Part shown: one piece after another, positions 17,863-25,664 of the stretch
Position numbering within the stretch: position 1 is the stretch's first letter
Layout of the letters: the number at the start of each line of letters is the position of its first letter
Translations under genes and position numbers: made by a program
The notes under the pieces: generated by a model
Told to the model about the DNA's origin: nothing
Seen by the model: the letters and a program-made list of their open reading frames with translations, nothing else
The model's database searches: none
Assembly: GCA_035539835.1 (NCBI GenBank)
Contig: DATLHP010000027.1
Location: forward strand, 1 to 29,616
Origin: Bdellovibrionales bacterium
GTDB lineage: Bacteria; Bdellovibrionota; Bdellovibrionia; Bdellovibrionales; JAMPXM01
DNA length: 29,616 nucleotides
Direction of reading: 5' to 3'

Positions 17863-18617
17863 CGCCAATGAAACTGATGAAATGGATCGGCGCCCTCGCA
17901 ATTGGTCTAGCTGCGCTAGGCATGAGCCCACGAATTGCTGAGGCAGCGACTGATGTTATTCAGTTTCCAGAAGAAGAGTTGGCTGCCGAGTCGGTTCTTC
18001 CGGTCTTCGATGATCCCGCGAGTGTAAAGAACCGCAATATTGTGACTGAGAATCGTATCGAACTTGGTCTCTTTGGTAGTTACTCGATGACCGAGCCGTT
18101 TTTCAATCCGATGAGTTATGGAATCAGCGCGAGCTACCATCTGACTGAAATTCATGGAATCAACTTGATCGGTCTTTTCTATAGTGGTGGTCTTTCGAAC
18201 TATGGCGAGCAGCTCAATAACATTCCGAATTCGGAGCCAATGCGTCTCGAGTATGCGCCGCAACCCAAGTATCTGATTCTGCCCAGCTATCAATACACTG
18301 GTTACTACGGAAAACTCTCCTTTTCTAAAGACTACGTCATGAACATGCATATGTTTGGACTGCTCGGTGTGGGCATGATGGGTATTGGTGACGCATCGAA
18401 ACCTGTCTTTGCTGCGGGGCTTGGCGAAAAATTTTACTTCAGCAAGAGCTTTGCGTTGCGAGTGGATTTGCGAATGCTCTTTTATCGCGGTCCTGACGTG
18501 GTTTCTCAAAAGTTGACGTCCGCGACCGAGGTTCAATCGGCATCGCGCTTCGACGAGAAATGGCAATTCGGAACGCTTCTTCAATTCGGCGCGAGCTACC
18601 TGTTTCCCGAATTCTGA
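17859..18617 (+). CDS. Outer-membrane beta-barrel of the Myxococcus/Bdellovibrio GltA/GltB type
   Basis: Signal peptide (AEA-A), VKNRNIVTENRIEL, alternating aromatic strands and terminal ...GASYLFPEF. ATGA overlap with the kdsC-like gene. Confidence 0.85.
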   Translation: MTPMKLMKWIGALAIGLAALGMSPRIAEAATDVIQFPEEELAAESVLPVFDDPASVKNRNIVTENRIELGLFGSYSMTEPFFNPMSYGISASYHLTEIHGINLIGLFYSGGLSNYGEQLNNIPNSEPMRLEYAPQPKYLILPSYQYTGYYGKLSFSKDYVMNMHMFGLLGVGMMGIGDASKPVFAAGLGEKFYFSKSFALRVDLRMLFYRGPDVVSQKLTSATEVQSASRFDEKWQFGTLLQFGASYLFPEF

Positions 18618-18724
18618 TTCAGTTTGTGTATCATAAACATTGTTAGTTTGTTGGACTTTGGTCTCACGGACCATTTGTGAGTTAGTCTAGATTCCCACCG
18701 CTAACTTCTAATTCCTCAGCGTTT

Positions 18725-18733
18725 TGTTAAACT
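18725..18733 (+). promoter_or_regulatory. Candidate extended -10 promoter for the main glt-agl unit
   Basis: TGtTAAACT in a 173-nt AT-rich gap, about 58 nt upstream of TTG 18791. Poor -35. Confidence 0.4.
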
Positions 18734-18790
18734 TACGGTGTTACTTCACTGATTTACGACCATTGCTCGTTCAACTCTGGAAGGTATTCT

Positions 18791-19612
18791 TTGAGCGTCA
18801 CAGCTAAACTAAAACGGATTGTAGTCCCGATTTGCATGGCTTGCGGTCTGACTCTCGTCGGATCAAGTGCCGCTTTCGCCCAAGCCGAAACCGACCAATC
18901 TGATCCGACTGATCAGATCGAAGATCTGTTTGCGACGGAAGAGCAAAAACCTTTGACGACTCAGCCGCAGACTTCGGCTCAGAAAGCAGCTCCTGAAGAG
19001 ATCAAAGAAGTTTCGGATCTAGGTAAGCTCTCCGAATTCAGCGATGTCGCTGTCATTCAGAAAAAATTTCTTCCGAAGACAAAACGCTTCGAAGCCTTCG
19101 CGGCGGGAAGTTTTCTTACAAACGATCCATTCTTTTTGAACTTCGGTGCGAACCTTCGACTGGCGTACTACTTTCGTGAAAAGTATGGTGTTGAGTTCGT
19201 CAGTTTCGCGCTAACAAGCTCAGAGCGTGGGGTGACGACGGACTTGCGAGAAAAACGCGGCGTCGTCACGTCAACGATCGTTTCGCCAAAGGCTTTCTAC
19301 GGACTCGACTTCAAATGGGTGCCGGTTTACGGAAAACAAACTTGGAACAACCGCAAGATCACGCCATTTGATCTTTATTTCTCGCTCGGCCTCGGAATGA
19401 CACAAACGAATCAAGGCTCAAGTGAGCCGACGCTTCATCTCGGTACGGGCCAAGCTTTTGCGCTTTCGCAAGCGATGGCATTCCGATGGGACTTCAGCTG
19501 GAATATGTTCCAATCTGAAGGAAGCACCAAGGGCGCGGGCCAATCCCTCTATAACAACTTGTTCTTGTCTTTTGGTCTCAGCTTCTTCTTTCCGGAGGCG
19601 ACATACCGATGA
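18791..19612 (+). CDS. Outer-membrane beta-barrel of the GltA/GltB type (second paralog)
   Basis: TTG start with GGAAGG RBS, signal peptide (AFA-Q), AVIQKKFLPKTKRFE, NDPFF, WVPVYGK and terminal GLSFFFP. Confidence 0.87.
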   Translation: MSVTAKLKRIVVPICMACGLTLVGSSAAFAQAETDQSDPTDQIEDLFATEEQKPLTTQPQTSAQKAAPEEIKEVSDLGKLSEFSDVAVIQKKFLPKTKRFEAFAAGSFLTNDPFFLNFGANLRLAYYFREKYGVEFVSFALTSSERGVTTDLREKRGVVTSTIVSPKAFYGLDFKWVPVYGKQTWNNRKITPFDLYFSLGLGMTQTNQGSSEPTLHLGTGQAFALSQAMAFRWDFSWNMFQSEGSTKGAGQSLYNNLFLSFGLSFFFPEATYR

Positions 19613-21285
19613 TTCGCTTCAAACGTAGCATCCTCGTTGTAGCAATGATTCTTCCACTGGCGCTGAGTTCAGACTCGTTCGCCCAGAAGACGCGCACCCA
19701 AAAGCGAACTCAGAAAACAGTTCGTAAGGGCACGCAAACAAAGAAAAAGTCGACGTCCACGACGACGACGCGTCCTTCGACATCGACATCGACGACGAGG
19801 CGTTCAACAGGCAGTACGACATTGGCCCGCGCGCGAAAGTTTGCGGCGAATGGTCAGTATCAAGAAGCTTCGAGACTCCTCTTTCAAATGAGTCGAACTC
19901 CGCAGTACGCCGCTGATTCGGCCCAAATCAAATACATCATGGGTTTGACGATGATGGAGATGAAACTCTATCAGCCGGCTGCCTTCATCTTCTACGATGT
20001 CGTTCGTCAGGAAAGCCGTACGAATCCGCGAAGTAAGTACATTCGTCAAAGTCTCGAGAAGCTTGCGATCTCGGCGGATAGACTTGATAGCGATGTTCTT
20101 CTTCGTTACGCGATCAAGCAGGTCAAAGAAGACGAGTTCCCGGCAGCAAGTCGCGACATGCTCTACTACCGAACTGCCGAATTGAAGATGCAAGAAAAGC
20201 AGTTCGCTGAAGCGGCGAGACAGTTTGCTCGTGTTCGTTCCAGCAGCAATCTCTTTGATCGCGCTCGTTACAACCTTGGTCTAGCACTCGCTGAAGCGGG
20301 CGAGCTTGAAAAAGCGCAGGCCGCTTTCGAAGATCTCGCTGATCGTACGCAACAAGCTGGTGTGACAGATAAGACACGCGTGAATGCCCTTATGGGTAAG
20401 TCTCGTATCCTTTATCAGCGGCAGCAGTTCTCGAACGCGATCGAAGCCTATCGCGAGATCCCTCGTGATACTGAGCAATGGCACGATGCTCTTTTCGAGT
20501 CTAGCTGGGCTATGCTCCGGGACGGTCGCTTCCGTTCTGCGCTCAGCAACTTCCACTCTCTGCATTCTCCTTACTATGAAGACGTTTACCAACCGGAGTC
20601 TTTGCTCCTGCGCGCAATCGTTTATCTTTATATCTGTAGATATGACGAAATGGAGAAGGTCCTTAATCTCTTCGAGCGCATTTATAAGCCGGTTCAGCGC
20701 GACATCAACAATATGTTGAGCGGAATCAATGAACCTCTCATCTATTACAAAGAGATCGAGAAGGTGGCTGGTCAGTTCGAAGAAGTTCGGCGCAAGAAAT
20801 CAAGCCGGAAGGGCTTCCAGATTCCATTCGTCGTAGCTCGCAAAGTTTTGAAGGAAGGCGACGTCGCTCGAACATTCGAGTATCTCGCGAATCTCGAAAA
20901 AGAACGTAAGCATCTCGAATCGATGCCGACGTCATGGAAGTCTTCAAGCGTTGGTCTCTACGCGAAGAAGATTATCGAGAAGCGGATGGAGTCGACTCGC
21001 ATCCTTGCTGGCAAGCAGATCCGACGTCACTTGATTCTGATTCAGAACGAGTTGCGCGATCTGTTCGAACAAAACGGCTTCCTGAGATTCGAAATGATCT
21101 CGGGTAAGAAAGAGTCTTTGCGTAAAGAGATCCAAGGCAAAGGTTTGCCGAGTAATCAGATCGATGAAAATACGAATCGGGAATTCTACATTCAGAACGG
21201 GTTCGAGTACTGGCCATTCAAGGGTGAGTACTGGCTCGATGAAATCGGAAACTATCACTATGTTGGTGTCAAAGCTTGTGAGTAA
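19609..21285 (+). CDS. gltC: Secreted TPR protein, GltC-like
   Basis: Signal peptide (SFA-Q), TPR helices, FHSLHSPYY...PESLLLRAIVYLYICRY and C-terminal YWPFKGEYWLDEIGNY. Follows two barrels, as gltC does in M. xanthus. Confidence 0.8.
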   Translation: MIRFKRSILVVAMILPLALSSDSFAQKTRTQKRTQKTVRKGTQTKKKSTSTTTTRPSTSTSTTRRSTGSTTLARARKFAANGQYQEASRLLFQMSRTPQYAADSAQIKYIMGLTMMEMKLYQPAAFIFYDVVRQESRTNPRSKYIRQSLEKLAISADRLDSDVLLRYAIKQVKEDEFPAASRDMLYYRTAELKMQEKQFAEAARQFARVRSSSNLFDRARYNLGLALAEAGELEKAQAAFEDLADRTQQAGVTDKTRVNALMGKSRILYQRQQFSNAIEAYREIPRDTEQWHDALFESSWAMLRDGRFRSALSNFHSLHSPYYEDVYQPESLLLRAIVYLYICRYDEMEKVLNLFERIYKPVQRDINNMLSGINEPLIYYKEIEKVAGQFEEVRRKKSSRKGFQIPFVVARKVLKEGDVARTFEYLANLEKERKHLESMPTSWKSSSVGLYAKKIIEKRMESTRILAGKQIRRHLILIQNELRDLFEQNGFLRFEMISGKKESLRKEIQGKGLPSNQIDENTNREFYIQNGFEYWPFKGEYWLDEIGNYHYVGVKACE

Positions 21286-24200
21286 GTCTCGAATCACGCG
21301 ACTGGTTGTCGCATCCATGATTTCCGCTGCAGCGTTCGCCTCTATCGGCGAACCCGCTGCCGCCGCGCCGAAAAAGCCGGCGAAGAAAGCTGCAAAGTCG
21401 CAAGCGAAGGCGAAAGCCAAGCCGGTTGCTGCAGGAAAAAGCCGTTCAGCGTTGGACATGCAGCGCGAGAAGTCGGCTCTTCCGTCAAGCGCTGCTCTGC
21501 GATCTCCGGTGACTCAGCGTCAGCTTGGCGCCGTCAAGCCGCCGCGTTCGGATCAGTTTTATGAAGGAAGCTCGAAAGAAGCTGAATACGAGGGGTTGGT
21601 CGATCAAGAGATCAAGGCGCTCTATCGTCTTTCTCAGCAAAACAAACGCAGTCCGAACCGTGGTGAGATCTGGCTTCGATTGGGCGAACGATATGTTGAA
21701 AAAGCCCGCCTCGTTGAATTCCGAGTTCAGGCTGAGTATGAACATAAAATGAAAGACTACCTCGCAAAAAAAACGCGAGTGAAGCCGACGGTCGATCTGC
21801 GTTTGTCGCGAGAGTACAACGCTAAAGCAGTTCAACTCTATGAATGGTTCGTAAAGGATTTCCCGAAAGATTCGAAAGTCGATCAGGCTTTGTTCTTCTT
21901 GGGTTACAACCAATTCGAGCTCGACAATCCAAAGCTTGGTGAGCAGCACTACCTTGATTTGGTAAAGCGCTTCCCGAATTCAGCCTACGTCACAGAGTCT
22001 CTTTTCGCTCTCGGTGAATACTACTTTGAGAACGAGCAATGGGCGAAAGCGCTTGAAAGCTACAACCGAGTCGTTGCAGTTAAGCGTGCTCGTCTGAATG
22101 CTTTTGCTCTTTATAAGTCATCTTGGTGTTACTACCGTCTCGGTCGTACTCAAGCGGCTCTTCAGGCCCTCGAGCGTGTCGTGCGCTTGAGCCGGGCGTC
22201 TGAAGGCAGTGACAGCATTCGCGGTGGTCGAGCGGTCAACAAGGTTCGCCTCGTTGCAGAAGCATTGCGTGACTATGTTCCATTCTACGCAGAAGCAGGT
22301 GATCCTCGCACGGCGATGAGTGAGTTCCAACGTCTCAGCGGCAACGATAAGTTGGCGACTCAAATGTTAGAGCGCCTCGCTTACATCTACGCGGATTCGG
22401 GCAACCGCAAATCGGCGAACTACACTTTCAAGCAGATGATCTCGATGGATCCAACGGGTCCGAAATCGGCTGAGTACCAATATCAAGTCGTTCTCACGTT
22501 TGCGACGATCGATCAGAAAGAGTTCCGTCGCGAATTGGATGTGTGGCTGGAAATGTTCGGACCACAAAGTGCCTGGGCGCAGGAGAATGCCGGCAACCAA
22601 AAATTGGTTGGCGACATGGCGAAGCTTCAAGAAACAACGATTCGTAACAACGTTCTTCAGATGCACCAAACAGCTCAAAATGCCCGTACCGAGTACGCGC
22701 AGAAACTGGCAAGTGCGTCTTATGCTCAGTACTTCAAACACTTCCCGGAAACAGAGAAGGCTGTCGAGATGCGCTTCTTCCAAGCGGAACTTCTTTTCGA
22801 CATGCAGAGATACGAAGAAGCTGCGAAAGTTTACGGTTGGGTTGCTGACAAGGATCCGAAAGGACCTTATCGCGAGCGTGCGGTCGTGAACGCGCTGCTC
22901 GCTCTTGAGAAAGCGCTTCCGTCGGCAGAAGAGATCGATGCGAAACGTGGTAAATCGATCGAACCGATGCCACTGGATCCAGCCGTTGCGAAATTCGCAG
23001 AAGCAGCGAAAAAGTACATCGAAGCTTATCCGAAGAATCAGAAGTCATCTGACATTCAGCGACGTCTCGGAGTTCTTTACTACAGCTACAACCATTTCGA
23101 CGAAGCGATGCCGATTTTTGAAAAGATCCTTCGCGATGATCCGAAATCTCCGAACGCCGAGATCGCCGGCAACCTGATGCTCGACATGTTCAAGCTCAAA
23201 GGCGATATGGCGGGCTTTGCTGAAAAAGGTCAGGAGATGTTGAAGAATCCGGCCATCGCGAACTCAAAGTTCGGATCTGAGATTCGAACAATGATTGAGA
23301 AGGCAACATTCTTGCGCGCAGATAAAACTGCGGCGACGGATGCTCTCAAGGCCGGTAAGGAATTCGAAGATTTTTCGACGTCATTCAAAGCGTCCGATCT
23401 TGCTGCTGCTGCAAGATACAAAGCCGCCTCGAACTATGAAAAAGGCGGAGATATGGTCGGAGCGATGCGCATGTATGGCTTCGTTCTGGCTATGAACGGA
23501 TCTGACCCGAAGGTGAAAGCGCTTCAGAACGATTCTCGAAACGCTCTTGCGCGAGTTTATTCGGCAACTGGGCAGTTGGAACTCGCGGCGAAGCAGTATC
23601 GCGACTACGCGATGGCCAACATGAAGGATCAGCAGGCCGTGAACGGGTTCTATAACGCCGGCGTTCTCTTCGACGGGCTTGGGCAACACGCGGAAGCGAT
23701 GAATGCGTATCAGATCTACCAAGAGAAAAGTAAGAACAAAGACCGTTGGGAAACGATCTTCGCGCAAGCAGAGCTGCAGAAGCGTCGCGGTAACATCACG
23801 AAGGCTTCGGGACTCTACGAACTCTATTTGAATTCTGGCCCACGCTCACAAGCGAAAGCGGTTCAGTCAGCATTTGAAATCGCGACCATCGCGAAATTGA
23901 AAGATCAGCCGACCAAAGCAAAAGAGTGGTGGAACAAAACGATTCGAATCTATCGCAACGCAGGTAAGTCTGCGGTTGAGAGCGTACGCTTTGCGGCCGA
24001 GTCGCGCTTCGAACTTTCGCAAGAGACAATGCGTGAGTTGAGGCAGCTTCGCTTTACTGCAAACGATAAGCAGCAGGCGAAGGCTGCAGTTCAGATGAAA
24101 CAGCTTCGTGAGCGATACATCAGCGAGATGAAAGAAGTTATTCGTTTCGACAACGCTCCTTGGATCGTCGCAGCTCTGTCTTCGACGGGGCAGATGTTCG

Positions 24201-24478
24201 ACATTATGTCGAACAAGCTCGCGACAATTCCGATCCCGGCTGGCTTCAATGCTGATGATGCGAAAAAGTATCGCGAGCTGATGCAGGTTCAGATCAATGG
24301 ATTCAAAACCGAAGCAACGAATTCATACAAAGCTGCAGTCGCAAAATCAGAAGAACTTGAGGCCTACACAGATTGGACGCAAGTCGCTCGTCGCGGCTTG
24401 GCGACTCTCGGTGGACAGCCAGACACTGAAGTGGAAATCGCTGGCGATGCTCGCTCGGCTGATTGGATGGGTCTATGA
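21278..24478 (+). CDS. gltD: Large secreted TPR protein, GltD/AgmU-like
   Basis: About 1066 aa of TPR repeats (DQALFFLGY, ESLFALGEYYF, ALYKSSWCYY). Start moved from 21164 to GTG 21278, which gives a clean signal peptide and overlaps the gltC stop. Confidence 0.8.
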   Translation: MSKSRITRLVVASMISAAAFASIGEPAAAAPKKPAKKAAKSQAKAKAKPVAAGKSRSALDMQREKSALPSSAALRSPVTQRQLGAVKPPRSDQFYEGSSKEAEYEGLVDQEIKALYRLSQQNKRSPNRGEIWLRLGERYVEKARLVEFRVQAEYEHKMKDYLAKKTRVKPTVDLRLSREYNAKAVQLYEWFVKDFPKDSKVDQALFFLGYNQFELDNPKLGEQHYLDLVKRFPNSAYVTESLFALGEYYFENEQWAKALESYNRVVAVKRARLNAFALYKSSWCYYRLGRTQAALQALERVVRLSRASEGSDSIRGGRAVNKVRLVAEALRDYVPFYAEAGDPRTAMSEFQRLSGNDKLATQMLERLAYIYADSGNRKSANYTFKQMISMDPTGPKSAEYQYQVVLTFATIDQKEFRRELDVWLEMFGPQSAWAQENAGNQKLVGDMAKLQETTIRNNVLQMHQTAQNARTEYAQKLASASYAQYFKHFPETEKAVEMRFFQAELLFDMQRYEEAAKVYGWVADKDPKGPYRERAVVNALLALEKALPSAEEIDAKRGKSIEPMPLDPAVAKFAEAAKKYIEAYPKNQKSSDIQRRLGVLYYSYNHFDEAMPIFEKILRDDPKSPNAEIAGNLMLDMFKLKGDMAGFAEKGQEMLKNPAIANSKFGSEIRTMIEKATFLRADKTAATDALKAGKEFEDFSTSFKASDLAAAARYKAASNYEKGGDMVGAMRMYGFVLAMNGSDPKVKALQNDSRNALARVYSATGQLELAAKQYRDYAMANMKDQQAVNGFYNAGVLFDGLGQHAEAMNAYQIYQEKSKNKDRWETIFAQAELQKRRGNITKASGLYELYLNSGPRSQAKAVQSAFEIATIAKLKDQPTKAKEWWNKTIRIYRNAGKSAVESVRFAAESRFELSQETMRELRQLRFTANDKQQAKAAVQMKQLRERYISEMKEVIRFDNAPWIVAALSSTGQMFDIMSNKLATIPIPAGFNADDAKKYRELMQVQINGFKTEATNSYKAAVAKSEELEAYTDWTQVARRGLATLGGQPDTEVEIAGDARSADWMGL

Positions 24479-25329
24479 GTCTTCAACGTTGTTCACGCAT
24501 CGGAATTATTCTTCTGAGTGCATTGGTTCTCGCGTCTTGCGGTTCAATGAAGACGAGATCAGATTCTGGCTCGGGCGTCACAGACGAAGAAGTCGATATT
24601 CCTGACGAGTCTGCTGATCCGGTTCGCGCTGAAACGAATGCGGCTCCATCGAGTGCCGATCGCAAGTATCAGCCTTTGGCCCAGGCGGTTCGCAGCGGCC
24701 AAGCGGCGAAGATCAATGAAGAGGCCGCGAAAATACTTTCGAGCAATCCGAACGATCCATTCGCGTTGAATTCTTTGGCGCTCTATCACTTCAAACAGGG
24801 TCGACCCGGTGCCGCTAAGATTCTCTTGAGCCGCGCGTTCGAAAAGAATCAGAACATTGCCGCTCTTCACAACAACCTCGGTATCATCTTGGTATCAGAA
24901 GGTGATATCGGTGCGGCGACTGTTAGCTTCAAAAAAGCTCTCCAGATCGATGCTCGACACGTCGAAGCCGCTGGTAACCTTGGTGCCATTTACTTGCGGG
25001 GCGGTGATGCCAATCGTGCATTGCCTCTTCTTGAGCAAGCATATCGGGGTGCTCCTACAAACACTTCATTTGCTGTCAGTTACGGAGCTGCTCAACGAGC
25101 CGCCGGCAAGTTGAACGAAGCGCAGCGAACATACGAATCAGTGTTGAAAAAAAATCCACGAGACGTCGCGGCGAATCTGAATCTTGCGATTCTGATGATC
25201 GACTATCAGAACAGGCCTAAAGACGGTCTGCCGCTTGTGTATAAAGTGAAATTCCTTGAGACTGAAAGGAAAGACGTCGTGGAGCGTGTGAATGCTTTGG
25301 AAAAGAAAGCAAAGGCTGCGCTACAATGA
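24475..25329 (+). CDS. gltE: TPR lipoprotein, GltE/AglT-like
   Basis: Lipobox VLAS-C and TPRs (LHNNLGIIL, AAGNLGAIYL, ANLNLAIL). ATGA overlap with gltD; start 24475 rather than 24463. Confidence 0.78.
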   Translation: MSLQRCSRIGIILLSALVLASCGSMKTRSDSGSGVTDEEVDIPDESADPVRAETNAAPSSADRKYQPLAQAVRSGQAAKINEEAAKILSSNPNDPFALNSLALYHFKQGRPGAAKILLSRAFEKNQNIAALHNNLGIILVSEGDIGAATVSFKKALQIDARHVEAAGNLGAIYLRGGDANRALPLLEQAYRGAPTNTSFAVSYGAAQRAAGKLNEAQRTYESVLKKNPRDVAANLNLAILMIDYQNRPKDGLPLVYKVKFLETERKDVVERVNALEKKAKAALQ

Positions 25330-25664
25330 TGAAACATCTAAGTAAAGCATCAGGGCCGAACGTTATGCGGACAGCGGCACTTCAAATTTCTCTCTTCGTA
25401 TTTGCGACAACCGTTGCAATGGGCTTTGCGTTTGCTCAGCAGACTGAAGCAAAAAAGCCAGCGGCGAAGTCAGGGCAAAGCAAGCGTACGACCGTCAACT
25501 TCGAAGACCAACTCGTAGAAGGTCAGACTCAAAAGCCGGAGCTGTTCTACTTGCTCCAGCAGCGCAACAACAATTTCAAGCGCCTGATCAAACTCCGGGA
25601 AAATTTCCTGCCTGAGATGCGTAAAACCTCAGAGGAAATGAACATTCAAGGGAGCGGAAGTTGA
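25326..25664 (+). CDS. gltF: Small secreted GltF-like protein
   Basis: Signal peptide (AFA-Q) and motif TVNFEDQLVEGQTQKPE...LIKLRENFLPEM, matching my recollection of the GltF family. Lies between gltE and gltG. Confidence 0.75.
   Translation: MMKHLSKASGPNVMRTAALQISLFVFATTVAMGFAFAQQTEAKKPAAKSGQSKRTTVNFEDQLVEGQTQKPELFYLLQQRNNNFKRLIKLRENFLPEMRKTSEEMNIQGSGS

Noticed and set aside
17916-18674. 252-aa antisense ORF the same length as the first barrel
   Set aside because: An in-register antisense shadow. The sense frame has the signal peptide and barrel signature.
21164-21277. ORF-track N-terminal extensions (also 2348, 3742, 4901, 12824, 24463)
   Set aside because: They overlap upstream genes or lack an RBS. 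The downstream starts give a proper SD, signal peptide or stop/start coupling.
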